Source of the DNA: Marsupella aquatica
Lineage: Eukaryota; Plantae; Marchantiophyta
Length of the DNA: 64,000 nt
NCBI GenBank assembly: GCA_973895155.1
Contig: OZ316894.1
Location: 4,302,944-4,366,943, forward strand
Reading direction: 5' to 3'
Position numbers and translations under genes: made by a program. The notes beneath the pieces are model-generated. The model saw only the letters and a list, made by a program, of their open reading frames with translations, searched no databases and had not been told where the DNA came from. Below are positions 25,881-39,823 of the stretch, one piece after another (within the stretch, counting starts at the first letter, position 1; every line of letters starts with the position of its first letter).

Positions 25881-26364
25881 TACACAAAGGCCAACCCGGG
25901 AGATATGGTCCCAAGGCAACCCAATAAAGGGAAGGGAAAAGGGCCATTTACAAATTTGTAAAAAATCATTTCAAAGAGACATTTGTAAGAGGACCATTGC
26001 CAAAAAAACGGGAGTACTTATTATAGTTTCTAATAATCTGTACACTGATACCACTCTCCCCTAGTAGCCTAGCTAGTGGACATAGCCCCCCTCCCAAGAT
26101 ATAGTTTTCTTGGGCATAAGGGGCGATAACATATCATACTACTATATATCACAGTGCGACAACCGGGAGACAAGATCCCAGAGGCAAGGCAACCCAAAGA
26201 ACTACTTGATGTTGCACATTCATGCTCAGGCTTCTTAGCTTCAGCTCTGCTGATCTGTATTCACTGCTACTACAGTCTTGGTTTGCAACACTGTCGTATC
26301 GAATCATTATTCCCTCTGAGTCATGTGTTGAGAAGAAACTCGCTATGAGGCTCTTGAACGTATA

Positions 26365-28870
26365 TTAAGTTGGAATGCCAAAAGCTCGTTCCAGGAGCTC
26401 CCCTCTTTCCTTATTCACACCAAGAGACAAAAATGCTTTCTTGTAATCTACCGATGTAAATGGCTTGTATCGAATAGGATGCTCGGCATCCACACACTCT
26501 GGTCTTGGACGGACAACGTAGTGCATCTCGCCTGGCACAAAGGCTGCAATTGACATGCGCCTGCTCTTTTCATTGGCCACCACCCGGTGCTCTGCGCTTA
26601 GAAATCTCCCATTTGTCCAAGCCTGCACAAGCGAAGGACGGACACTGCGTCAAGCTCGTGCTCAAGAATATAGAGAGGTGCCAAAATTTGCTTCAGAAAA
26701 CTTCATGCTAAAACTCTTCAAATTGAATGACAAGATATTCCCTTCCCTCCACTCATAACTAAAGTACATGCCTCGATCCAAAGCTTGTCCACTCACTACA
26801 TAGCACGGGGAATTGTGTGGAGCACGTAAGATACTTGGGCGCGATGAGATGCCAGTGAGGACCAACTAGGTGACATGTATTTCTGGGCCCCTCTTGTATC
26901 TCTCCAGCAGTACAGGTTTCATTCAAAAGTACAGACATAAGTAACTTGAATTCATCCAAAGTTTCAATTCAAGGATTCTAGAAATGCAGCATTCAAGCAC
27001 CTGCAGATAGTCGCCACAGTTGACGATAAAAGCACCAGCCCGAGGGCGCACCCCATGCCAGGTCCCATCTCTGAAACGAAGCTGCAGGCCCCCCACTGCA
27101 TCCTGGTACACAATGGTGAAAACATCGGGGTCCGTGTGGCATGGAAGTCCCCAAGTCATTTCGGGAAAGTCGCAGATGGGGAAGTTGTTCACTCGAAACT
27201 TGCCAATGACCTGTCGCTTATTCCGATCACCCAGCCACTCGTTCACAATTTTCTCCGGCTCCGAGATTCCAATGCTAGAGACTATCAAGTCCATTAGTAG
27301 AAACACCACCTTGCTCGATTGCTTTCCGTACTCCTCTGCGCTAGTTCTGATCCAAGCAGATAATGTGAACGATGGCTGCTAGTTAGTTGAGCATGTTAAT
27401 TTAATGAATCTCTCAGTTTTGTATGATCAGTCTGTCCGTAGAACTACAGTGCTAACTCTAGAATATGCAACGTTGAGCAGACTTTGGATCGGCAAATCCT
27501 AATCGTTGATCGACACTTTCGCAAAGTACTCGAAGGACGGCATTTTGGCAACCTGAATTAAGTACCTCCTAGGAGAAACGAGCTCACCTTAATAAATGAC
27601 CCTTCAAGTTAGTGTCAGCACCACCCGGCCAGAGAGTGTCTACGATCTCGTCCAATCTGCCAGGATAATTCGTCTCCGGTGACTCTATGTCAAATCCTTC
27701 GCTCCATAAGTAAGAAAAGATCTTCCGGCTGTAGGGGGGGTCACGCTTCATGGGCAGGTAACCAGGGAATGTGGGCGCGCCAGGGGTTATCTCGTTTAGC
27801 ACTTTCATCTTCTCCTGCAATTCAAGAGAAACGGATTTATGACGATGACCTTGTCCAAACGTTTTTATTGTCATCTGTGACGAGAACTAGATGATGTGCA
27901 GGTCTGGGTTCGTCAAATTGTCGCAGAACAATGATGCTAGGCTGTAAGCTATAACTGCGTGACTGTGTACGATGGGAGAAAGTTTCCTACTAGATCTGGA
28001 CAGCCATCGTGTAACGTAAGTTCGACTGGAGCATATCAACAATCTAAACTTCGAAGATATCGCATGGTTGTTAGTGCACGAGCAAGCTATGAAATTAGGA
28101 AATGTCTTGGATAAAAGCTGAGCTCTTCTCATCACAAGCAGAGTAAGAGCTATCCGAACCTCTGGCTAGTTAACCGTCTCAATGGTTCGAGTCACAAACT
28201 CAGCTAAAAGGACGTTATGGCATGTGCATCTGCAGCTGGATTATGAAAAGGAAAAATCTACCACAAAACCAGACAGGCCCTGATGTCCCCTGAAGGAGTA
28301 GCTACAGCTAAATAGTCGATAAAGAGCATTTCGGAACATCATTACTTTCATGTCAAACTACACTAACATATATATCAGCTTCGACAGGAGAATTCATTGT
28401 TGGGATTCTGGCTTCGGTAAGATTACAGTTACAAGTAGAGTGTCAGTGGTTCTTAGTACCTCAAGAGGAAGATCAAATATTTCTCCAACAGATTCCTTGA
28501 GTTGCTCAACAACGTCCAGGGAAAAGCCGGAATTGATTATCTGGAAGAATCCATGCTCCTCGAAAGCTTCTCGAATCTCCTTCAAAACATCAGCTTTTGC
28601 TGCCTCGCAGGCCTTGATCTCTGCCTCCAAACCGCTCCGAGTGCTCGCGTCTCCGTCCAATTGCTCAATCTCTCTCTGCAAGCTCTGCAACTTGAGCACT
28701 GGTGACAAATCGATAACGGGAAGCTCAAAATCGTAGTGGTCATGCGGGATGTTCGGTCTGTTTTCTTCAGGCCAGACGAACGACGTCTTCCCCGGGGTGC
28801 TGAAAGGTTCCGCATAAGGTCTCGCAATTTCTGGCTTCTTGAGCTCATACGGTTTCATCACGGCCGCCAT
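26365..28870 (-). CDS. 2-oxoglutarate/Fe(II)-dependent dioxygenase (DOXC class, GA-oxidase-like), 433 aa; exons 28870-28460, 27874-27588, 27346-27001, 26622-26365
   Basis: DIOX_N LPVIDLS…HGFFQIIN, HxD (HTD), distal His (AEHRV), RxS (RMS), and NCGDYLQ/AWTNGRF. Canonical GT..AG introns give one continuous 1302-bp frame. Confidence 0.93.
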
Positions 28871-29002
28871 AGTTACTTCGCTGGTAATCTTCTCTGCCGG
28901 CTCAGGATACTTTGCGAATGTGCGAGTAGAGACACCAACAAGTTGGAGAGACTCAAGAGTGGTGAAAGAGATTCAGTGGGTACTTTGGCTCTGAGCTCTC
29001 TT

Positions 29003-29012
29003 CATTTATATA
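29003..29012 (-). promoter_or_regulatory. Putative TATA box (TATATAAATG) of the dioxygenase gene
   Basis: Lies ~135 bp upstream of the ATG at 28870 on the minus strand. Confidence 0.55.
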
Positions 29013-30583
29013 GGTGATTGAAATCCGTCCAGTGGACAATCTCACACGACTCAGTGATCTGGGTCTGAGCTTCGCTCTAGTTAACTTTAGTGCAGTCTAG
29101 CAGTTTGTGTAAACAACTTGCACTCTCAGATAAAACAATTGCGAATATCTGTGTCTGAGCTTCACTTTAATTAGTTGACTTTACTTCAGTCTAGCAGGTT
29201 ATTCAAACCATTCGCACTCTCCGATTCAGATTCTGTTGTTTGACTTAGAGGTATGCACTTTCAGATGACTTCTTTGTTGTGTCAATTTTGTCAAACATTC
29301 AATCTAGACCAAACACATTGGTCAATCTAGACCAAACAAATTGGTCTGGGTTGTTGGCTCGGTTGAGTGCAACAGTAAATCTAGACCGGTTGTTGGCTCA
29401 GAGGTCAGGAGTCCAAGAATCAAATATAGAAAGGAGTTGAAAAGGGACATTGAGGGGTACTAAGTTTTCTCCACTGGGTGTTGGACCATTGATTTCTATG
29501 GTCACCACATGCTTTAACTTTTTTTAGCTCAGAGCTCTCTGCAGCTAAGCTTGGAATGAGACTATAGATCTGAGCTTGAAGAACATTGTAGATTATATGT
29601 TGCATATACATAGATAGTGTACCTAGAGATATATTCAATTCCAACTTACACTTGAGTAAAGTCTGACCATAGTTGTTCATAATGCTTTGAGAAATGCTAC
29701 TTGTCAGGTTATTTTTAGGGTTTTGGTACGTACACGTGCTACCTGGTCTTCCATCACAGGGAATACGGGTTGATCTGACCATATATGGTCAGTAATGGTT
29801 GATGTACTTTAGCGGACATACATACTTTGGCGTAACGGCCAGGACCTCATTTAGATAGTGGCAGCATGCGCAATGGCAGGGGTAGCAACATCCCAGGCGT
29901 CTATGGCAAAGCAAGCAAAATATGCCAATCAAGCTTCATCTGAATGATATCTTCCTTCCCCTTGCTATTGAGATATTTAAGCGTCTTCATCATCAGTTTG
30001 ATGGGCTTCTTCAATAGACTGATCATGATATCACAACTACATTTTCGTATTTCGGGACCAGGTTTAACCTAACCCAAGACGACGTTCCTTCCATTTATGA
30101 CGGACTATAAACCCCTATTTAGATAAAACTGGACAATTAGTGCAATTTTGGAATGATTGAAATTTTAATTAAATTATATTTAATCAAAATAAATCAATTA
30201 TTACTAAGCTAACACTCACATGTACCAAAAAATTATAATTTGGGTATAGAATGTCATAACTTGGATTATTATCATGTGCACAATTACAATGAAAGATGTG
30301 CAATCCATGGTCCAATAATGAATGAACTGTTACAAGGAGTGTACAATCACATTATTTAATGTGCAGAAATTTACTAGTAAGAGTGAAATGCATAATCCAT
30401 GGTCCATCATATATAAACATCCACATATGGAAACCATTCAATGCTCAGGTTCCTTTCTTGTGATCAATGAAGACAATACTTTTATTAAAGAACCGCTCTG
30501 GTCTTTTCAATCTGTCAAATAAACCAAATAACATTGATGATTTACAATCACTTATCATTTAAGTAAACTACACTATCTAAGTA

Positions 30584-33500
30584 TCATGAAGTTGATGTTG
30601 CCTCATCCTCTAAGCATCTATTCAAATTGTCTTTTGCTTTCATTGCATGACTTTTTGCTATTCTAACTAAACCACTTTTGGCTGTGGTCCGTGCCTTGAA
30701 ACACCATAGTACAGTGTTCACACTTATTGTCTCAGTGGAATACCACGGATCTCGTTCCCATTGTTGATTCCAGCAGTCTAACCACCGCTGTCGTGGTTCA
30801 TATTCTGGTTGACCACGTTGTCGTAGCATGTAAGGTCTATGCAACTCCACAATACACACATGTTCAAGTTGATTGTTGACATTCAATTCTCCTTCTTCCA
30901 CATCACTAATCACTTTGCCCAAATAGACTGGGTAAATGTCTAGGTCAGCTGTGTCTGGTCGAACCAATATATAATTACCTTTCACAACATCAGCCCTTGG
31001 GTTAAAAGTTTCACGAGGTTTGTTTTTCCTTGGCCCCACGTACCCAATCTTTGCATCCAACTCACATGCCACATTGCGGTATTGCAAAGGAACACCATCT
31101 CTCCACTTTGACATGGGCCAAAATCCATGAACCAAGTGTTCCTCTCCAGATCTATATTGCACTGCCTCTGTCTCCAAAGTATGGATAATTTGATTTCAGT
31201 ATTGTGTCAGTGCCACCCATCTACCCTTTCCTTCTTCTGATGTAGTTCGATTGCAAACAAAATTAAAAAATTTCACTTGCTTGTGTAGTCCTTGTCGCAC
31301 CTCCTCTAACATGGCCATCTCTATCATTGGTAATCTCTTTGGTTCTCCTATGGGAAGTTTTGGACTATTATTATCCGTCCATGACCACATCTCAATACCT
31401 TCTCTTGGGAGCCAATCATCATCTTGGCATTTCATTTTGTATTGAAGGCATGGCATACCATCATCACGCACATACAATCAAAATAGCCGCGGTTGCAAAT
31501 GCCCCACCAATGAGTCCCTCCTTTAAGCAAGTAAGGTTCCAAGTATGATTTAAAATCAGGTACCTCTTGCACAAAATGGGGCACTGGATTTGGAGTCCTT
31601 GCCCCCATTAACAATGACATTAGATCTGCCAAAGAATAGGTTGGGTTTCGCATCAAACTTTCAGAGAAATGGCCAAACATGGCATCAACGTCCTCATGAG
31701 TATGTCCAACCATGAGAAATCCCAAATGAATCTCTTCAAAAACATCTCGTGCTGTTAGTAGTGACAAATAACCCAACACATATCTGTTTTTGTTATCTCC
31801 TGCACAATTGTCAAGTTGTAACTTCAAAACTCTTGGCAGAGGCTTGAGCATAGTAGACGCATCCAATGATTGTGAATTTGCTGCAAAAATTTAAGAAACA
31901 CATATATTAGGGTCAATAATTAATTTAGAGCCTAAATATTATCTCATACAAAATAACTTACCAAGAATGTACGATCATGGTCGACAATTTATGAACATAA
32001 ACTTGAATGAACTATATTTAAATTATTGTTTCTAGTTTGAAATAAACTAATGGTTCAAGCCATGATTCTCATTTTTGCATGAACTAATGACAACCATGCA
32101 TAGGTCGCACTATCAAATAAGCTAACAATGAACCATGGTTTGTGCTCTCAAATAAACTAACAATTAACAATGCAAGTTTCATATTTTGAAATAAACTAAA
32201 AGGTGAACGAACCATGGTTTGCACTTCTCAGACACATAAAAAACAATCAAGAAAATTACTAACCTAAGCAAATGACTCTCACATGAGCAAACAATTTAAC
32301 AATCTTTACAACAACTAACAATGAACCCTGGTTGCCACCATGAAAGGTTACATCACTTACAATGGAAACGTGTTTGATACTGAATATGGCACAAAAGCAA
32401 CAAAATTTCTTGTATCATTATGGTGAAATAATTACCTAGATCTGATATGTCATCCTTAAATGCTTCACGAAGTTTTCCCTCCAATATAGGTCCTCTCCCT
32501 TCAAGCAAGTTTTCAAATAGCTTTGTGGAATCTGGCCCTTCCACTAAAGATTTGATCATTGGTTCTGGATTTTCCAGCATTCGAAGTATTGTGTCAAGTG
32601 AACCAATTGTGGCATTGGCATCAGGTGCCCACACTCCAACATTATATTGAGCAATAGCCTTTGGACCATGGCCATGAGTCAAAATACCAGTCAAGGTAAT
32701 CGGAAGTTTAATTGCACCATCCACTTCTTTTGGACAAAAAGGCATCCTTGGTAATGCAGTCTTACAATGATCCATTTTATCATGAATTATGCATAAAACC
32801 TGTTTTGGATTATCCGCTGACTGGCGTCTCCAAGAGTGATATAATAATCTGCCCTCAGTATGATCACGATGATGAGCAATTTCATCCCTCTTCTTTCACA
32901 CCTGTCAGATTTGCTTTCCGTTGCATCAACTCACTACAAGTTGTACACTTGGAAAAGTTATTGCCTTTCTTATGAATTGTCACTTCCTTGAAATACTTTT
33001 GATGTAAAAATACTCAATGTGGATTGGGAGATTGGTTGAAGACCAAGTTCTAAATTTGTAGCATTGAGCTTGTTTCTAATACTTTCCCAAGTATAACTTG
33101 TAGGGAGCTCCTTCAGAACTTGTCGAGATTTGTCTGCAACCGTCCTCATTTTTGCCAGATGAAGATCTGCGCACTCATCAATCAACCCATGCAATGACAT
33201 GTAGGCTTGAGAAACTCGTTCAGTCATCCGTCTCTTTCCCTGGTTTCCATGATAAGCTATCCTCACCCCATTACCCACAGCCTTTCTGAGCTCGTAGAAT
33301 TGACTTCGCCCTTTGGAGTGCAAAATCCTCCATGCTTCCAAGCATATTGCTTTCCCTTCGATGATGATCAGTTTTTCAGTATTTGATAGTTCCAATATAT
33401 TGACAATAGCATTGATCTCATACTCCTTTCGCATCTCAAATGATTTTTCCCAATATTTCTCCCTAATTTCCTTTGCCACATGAGGGTCTAGAAGATGGCA

Positions 33501-34358
33501 GCACCGTCGAAGACAACAATTCTGTTTTTTTATTTCCCCCACATCTTCTTCGGAAAGGGACTTGTCTTTCTTTGACAAAGAAATAGAAGGTTGTTTTCTT
33601 TTTCTGGTTATTGGTACATATGATCTCTTTCGACTTGTAGCGTCTAGATCTTCCTCCTCTGCATCTACAAAAAATGAGGCTAATAGCCTTCCGTTACTTG
33701 TGACAAGCCTATCCAACGGCCATGCCCTCAAACAATCTCTATGTTTCAGGTGGTCCTCAGTTGCACCTTGAATATATTCATCAATCAAGATTCCTACATG
33801 TGTATTTTGAAGAGTAATATCTCCCAATGTCACTTCTGGATTAACAGCCATTACTCTTGCAATGGCAAAGGCAAAATGTGTTTCATCAAGTACTTTCACA
33901 ACCATTCCCATCCATAAACTTGTGGATGAAATTCGAAGAGGATTTCCACTAGATTCAACTCCATTCTTGTTTGACCGCTCCGGTAGGTTTCCTTGAACTT
34001 CGTTCTCGTTTGAGGTCTCCGGTTGGCTAGTTTCACTTCCATTGACCATTGAAGCTCCATTCTTGCATGAGGTATCAGGTAGGTCTTCACTAGTACCCAT
34101 TTCAAGTTGTTGAAGTTGACCTTTTTTCCAGACTAAAAAGGATCCTATCATATCAGCCAAGCTTTCACCATGACCCCATTGAATTTCCGCATCAAATACT
34201 TCTTCCAAAGTAACAAGAACTTGAAGGGGCCCAAGAGGAACATTATGGCAAATCCGAGATGGATCCACACTTTGAAAGATACCCTTTGCAACCACTTTAT
34301 TTGATATGCACAAACCAACAGTTTCACCGACAATCACCCAATGTGTAGGTGTCACCAT
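30584..34358 (-). mobile_element. Decayed DNA-transposon transposase gene, Sola/DUF7869-like DDD family; intron 32435-31881
   Basis: C-rich CCLRRCC, KCTTCS…H, IIHDKMDH (D1), LQLDNCAGDNKNRY (D2) and FLMVGHTHEDVDAMF (D3). Frameshifts near 33000, 32885 and 31500, and an in-frame TGA at 31196. The GT..AG intron restores the frame. Confidence 0.75.
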
Positions 34359-36974
34359 TTTTTATCTGGACATTCAATCAAAATCAAGGTTAACCTCTGT
34401 TCCTAAGATACATAGTTGTTATTTTTTCTTTGAATCAATATACCCAAGGGCATACACTTTTGTCTTAGTTTTTGGAACAAACATTGTGTCCTCAATCTTG
34501 TCTAATTGTCAGAGTTGAGTTGGCCTCACAGCTTATAGTTGGCAAGTTGTTACCATTGAGTTCAATAAGTACTATGTACGTGATTGACCCAAAACCCTAG
34601 ACTCTTCATATACTTTGACCTCTTACAAAAACATAGCAACTGCAAACCATGGTTCACTCTAGTCATGAGAATATAAAAAACTACTAAGGTGTATAATTAC
34701 CCAGTAATTACCATGACTATCTTTTATCATTTTATAGATGTGAAATATTTCTTATAGTATTGGCATCAAGAAAACAAACTCAGACTAGGTAATAATGAAA
34801 GAATATGTAAGATGTTGATTAGATGACCCAATATCATGTTAGTAGAAAGAATATGTAAGTTGTTGGGTCATCTAATCAACATTGTTTATATTTTCATATT
34901 AGGCTATTATTAATACTAGATGTTTTATTTAATATCATTTATAGTAGTTAGTTTGGGTTGGTTATATCATGTACAAATCTGAGTATTAGATGATGCAATT
35001 AGATAACCTATGGGCTATAGATCATGGTTTGCAATCACCATTGTTTCCACCTCGGTGTGGAGTTAGCTTGATAGTGCTCTTAGACAAGCCTCAAGGCCAC
35101 GAACCATGGTTCGTAGTCACATTTATATTTTTCTATTTAGGAGTCTAGTTAGTTTGGTATTTTACTCCTAGTCTTAGATGATATTCATTTGTTAAATATG
35201 GCTCAAGGGCTGTGGACCATGATTTGCGCTCACCTTATTTCCCATCTTTGAGTTGACCTAGTTTGAGAATCCACTCTGAGTATTAGATGATGCCGTCATT
35301 AGATATGCTTCAATGATTGTGAGTTACCATCATGGTTAGAAAACATCTTTAATTGTTTCCATCTTGGTGTACCGTTAGTTTGATAATATACTCCAAGTTT
35401 TAGATGATGTCGTTAGGCTCAAGGCTACAAACCATGCTTCGTAGTCACCTTTCAAATTTGTCACCTACTTGTTGAGTAAGTTTGATAATCTACACTGAAT
35501 ATTAGGCAATGACGTTAGTAATACTCAAGGACAACGAACCATTGTTCAAAGTCACCTTTCACTTCTCCATGCAGGTGCATGTAGAGTACGTTGGTTGGAC
35601 CTCAAGGGACATGAACCATGGTTCATGGTCACTGTAAACTTTTGTTCATCTACTTCATGTATTAGAGGTCTCCTAGTCATCTCAGAGTCACTTTGTTTAA
35701 GTGAACCAAAACATAACAGAGGTAAACTCATACAAACCATAAATATTAGAGAATGATCCATGCTCTCAAGATTAATATTACGAAGTGATTTGAGTTCACA
35801 CCTCACACCTAACAATCCAATTTATCAATTCAATCTCTGATTCTAAGCTTGAAGAAGAACTAATAAATTAATGGAAAACAAGGAACTCGAATGGATGGCT
35901 ACTTACAATTTCAAGACACAAATCGTTGTGCACAGAAGTTTTGCGTTACTTGTATATCTTCTCTGTGCGCCACTCTAGACAGTTCACTCAATCCTCATGA
36001 ACAAATAACTCTTGCAGTCTCTTGCCAGTTCCTCTATCTTCACACACGGCCTCTTTGATGGAGTCTAACGATCTAATCTCCCCTAATCCCTCGTCAACGT
36101 AAATCTCTATCTCCTTGAACAATCTCTATTCTCAGAACTCAACCTAAATCTATAAAGTTGCCCACTCCACGTACTCCTTGCAGCTCTCCTCCTTAAGAAT
36201 CACCTCCCAACTCTTGAAGCGCTCTCCTCGAAGCTCTTGAAGTGCTCTCCTCGCAGCTCTCCTAGCAGCTCTCCTGGAAGTTCTCCTAACGCAAATTCTA
36301 GCAAATGAACTCCACAAATCATCAAAACAAGACTTGGCCTTTTCGTCTCCAGAAGAGGATTCCGGAAGTTCGCATTTCAAATGAACCTTTTGGGGGGAAT
36401 TTCAAATTTCAAATTTTGACCAGAGTATGATTGCGTTGGCCGTTTTGGTAACTGATTCTCATGCGCCATGTGATATAAATAGATTATTTCTTCATCTTGC
36501 AAATGCCTGTAGGTACCCCTTCAAGCACTAGAAAGGTTTAGAAGGTCTTGGCCGTATAATTGATATATTTTTCAATCATGGCCCATTGGCAAATAATTGA
36601 AATAAATATTTAACCTGCTAGGGTGATCCTCACCTAATATTTTAATTTGTAACCATTAGTCATTTACTACTAAGGTAACTTACCTCAATTATCCTTTTTA
36701 CTACCATTATTTATCAACCTACTTGGATTACTTTGTTTAATTTTTTAACTACCATTATTTATTTAACCTACTAGGGTAACCTCATTTAATTTTTTTACTA
36801 CAATTATTTATATAACCTGCTAGGGTAATCCTCACTTAATGCCAATATACATTACTTCTTCAACCTACTAGAGTAACCGCCCCTTAATCCTTTTTGCCAC
36901 TATTATGTATTTCACCCTTTAGGGTAGCCCTAGATCACTTGATCCTTGTGTAACCATTATTAATTTAACTTACT

Positions 36975-37110
36975 ACTTGGGCCTCTCCCATTCTTTGTGC
37001 AACCATTATGTATTTGACCTGAAGTCACCTTAGAATTGATTAACCAACTTTGGCTTAGGGGCTTAAAGGTTTAGGGTTTAGGGTTTAAGGGTTTAGGGTT
37101 TAGGGTTTAA
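36975..37110. repeat. Tandem unit ending in interstitial telomeric (TTTAGGG)n; the second copy is split by the LINE and resumes at 39730-39872
   Basis: CTCCCATTCTTTGTGCAACC…GGCTTAGGGGCTTAAAGGTTTAGGGTTTAGGG is present at both sites. Confidence 0.85.
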
Positions 37111-37138
37111 CTTACTACTATGGCCTCAGTCTCCCATT

Positions 37139-39729
37139 ATTTTTTTAATTTTATTTTAAATCCAAATTTTACTGCGCGTGAACCCCACGGATGGGGAAAC
37201 AAGCAGGCCCAGGGGCATCATAAAGCCCATGAAGGGGTGAAAAAGTACATAGAGGTTCCCATTCAGAACTAGAAAAGAGCCATAGCTCAAAGCAGCGTGG
37301 GTAGAAGCGAGTAAAGCTAAACTGAAAGGAAGGACATAGAGGTTCCCATTCAGAACCAGGAAAGAGCCACAGCTTAAAGCAGCGTGGGTAGAAGCGAGTA
37401 AAGCTAAACTGAAAGGAAGGAGAGATGCAGGTCCTTTCCATGTAAAGACCGATATACTAATAAAGTCAGCAGCATCCACTTATAGAACAAACTAAGATAG
37501 CATCCCTCAGCACCAAAAAAAAACAGCGTGCAACACACTGCTAATGCACAGAGCGCCCGTGCTCAGAAAGCTAATGTGACCCTGACATCATTCCTCAGAA
37601 TCCTGGTCCTTTCCCCTTCTAACAGGAACTTTTCCCCTGCATGACAACAGCAATTTGAGCAGACCACGATCCCGGCCGATGATTAGTCCATTCATCCATT
37701 CCCCGGCCACACTCCAGCAGTATCTAGCATATCTGGAGTGACAGAAAAGATGAGGTAATGTTTCGACCTCCCCAAAGCATAGCACACAGAATCCGTCAGA
37801 TTTCTTAATCCGAAGTGCCCTAGAACCAGAGAAGAGTCCCTGTGCAAGGATTCTCCAAATGAAGGTCTTCGCCCGGGAAGAGAGATCAGAGGTCCACAAT
37901 ACCATCCAAATCGCACTCCATTCCAACTCAGACAGTGATTCATCCCAGATTCTATTGAGTCGAATGAAATTGGAGCCCTTAGTTCTCAGTAACTCATAAA
38001 CCCTGTGATTAGGTAATCCAAAGGCTCTAGGTTTTGAATCCGAATCCAACCATCTCCAAAGACCAGCCGGGGAGTCAGTAATGTTTACACCGTAAGTAGT
38101 TCCCTGTATAAATTGAAAGAGCCTAAGACAACTATCTTTGTCGGACTCAACTATATTCCTCAAACGCTGCATTCGTTGTGTTAGATCCTTCCATGCACAG
38201 TCAGTCGTAGACCAGAAATCTTTCACCTTGCGTACTCCCAATTTACCACATATCTTCACCATCTCTCCTCTACCTTCCTCTGGTAAGTTATAGAAAGAGT
38301 GCAAGCATCTCAGGAGATCATCCACACTCCAGTGCCCTGGGATGGTACCATTTCCAGGGCAGAAGATCAAATTTTCCCTCACCTGTTCCCACGCCGTCCA
38401 GATCCGTCCAGTGTATAGGAGATTGCCAAAGGATCGGGGTGAACACAGAAGTAGTTTATCCTTCATTGAGTACTTATTTCTATGAACCACCCTGAAATTC
38501 CTCCAGGATGTTAGCTTCAAATTTTCGGCAAACATCAGTGCCCATTCCGACTCAGGATGATCAATCGCTCCAGTGAACCATTTACTTAAGAGAGCAGCAG
38601 AATGGCATCTAAATTCCTTAAGGCCCAGGCCACCGTCAACCTTGGGCCTAGATAGTCTCTCCCAAGCCACAAGTGGGATCTTCTTACCTCCTAGTCTGTT
38701 GGCCCCCCACAGAAAAACCCTGCTCAAAGCTGTCAATTTTTTAGCCAATGCAGCAGGAGATCTAAGGAACATCATATGATATACAGGTATAGCTTGAAGT
38801 ACATGTTTGACTAACATGACCCGACCAGTGAAAGAAAGGAGACGGTTAGACCAAGATGATAATCTGGCACCAATTTGATCGAGGCAAAAACCATGCAAGT
38901 TAGCCTCCGATATCCCAGATCCAAAAGGTGCACCCAAATACTTTTGTATCTCGCCTTCACCGCTAATTAGACAGCCCAATCCAATTAGCCAACTAGGGAT
39001 TTCCTCAACCGCGAGTGGCACCACCACAGATTTCTTCAAGTTTAACCTGGCACCTGTCGCACATTCATAACAACTAATAGCCTCCTGAGCCTGTTCGAAG
39101 ACAACCATAGTGGCAGGGATGAAAAGACCCAGATCGTCCGCAAAGAGTTTGAAGCTGATATTCAGAGATGGAGAGATCTGCAATCCCTGAAGTCTGCCAG
39201 CAGCAATTTCATACCTACAGAAATCCATCAGTGGCTGTGTAGATATAGCAAAAAGCAGGGGGGAAAGTGGACATCCCTACCGAACCCCATGACTCATCAA
39301 GATGTCCTGAGTCCAGAGTCCATTCACAAGTGCCTTGGAACTAGCATTACTAATAAGTGATTGAACTAAAAAAATAAAGTGAGAACCAATGCCAAGTAGG
39401 TGCATGGTTTCCCATATATAAGAGTGGTCTACTCTATCAAAAGCTTTCTTGAAGTCTAATTTCATGAATAGAGAGGGAGTTTTAGTATAGTTTATCCAGT
39501 CATTGACAAGCCAGGATAGGGATATATTTTCCAGTATGTGACGACCCGGTATAAATCCAGTCTGCTGAGGACTGATGATCCGTGGCAAAAGGATCTTCAG
39601 TCGTCGAGCCAACAGCTTGGCGATCAGTTTGTATGTGATCGTCAGCATGCTTAGCGCCCTCCAGTCTCCTAGATGCCGCTTGTCAGTCTTCTTGGGGATG
39701 AATCGAATCACTCCATCCTTTGTCTCCCA
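37139..39729 (-). mobile_element. 5'-truncated L1-clade LINE (RT + zf-RVT) with 13-bp TSD TCAGTCTCCCATT
   Basis: RT motifs IPKK…WRALSML, QTGFIPGR, KLDFKKAFDRV, GVR*GCPLSP (CAG>TAG), LFADD and KYLG, plus the C-terminal CxxC…HLF. A-rich tail at ~37139-37157. TSD at 37126-37138 and 39730-39742. Confidence 0.93.
37247..37420. repeat. 87-bp tandem duplication in the LINE 3' region
   Basis: ACATAGAGGTTCCCATTCAGAAC…AAACTGAAAGGAAGG at 37247 and 37334. Confidence 0.9.
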
Positions 39730-39823
39730 TCAGTCTCCCATTCTTTGTGCAACCATTATGTATTTGACCTGAAGTCACCTTAGAATTGATTAACTGATGT
39801 TACCTTTGGCTTAGGGGCTTAAA

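Noticed and set aside
36150-36380. Arg-rich ORF (RRAARRAARRAL)
   Set aside because: Arises from a 12-bp microrepeat (GCAGCTCTCCTx) upstream of the transposase; no evidence that it is coding.
29835-36555. 12/13-bp inverted match ACGGCCAGGACCT (29835) / AGGTCTTGGCCGT (36543) as TIRs of the Sola-like element
   Set aside because: Too short, does not extend, and has no flanking TSD. It cannot be distinguished from chance without other copies.
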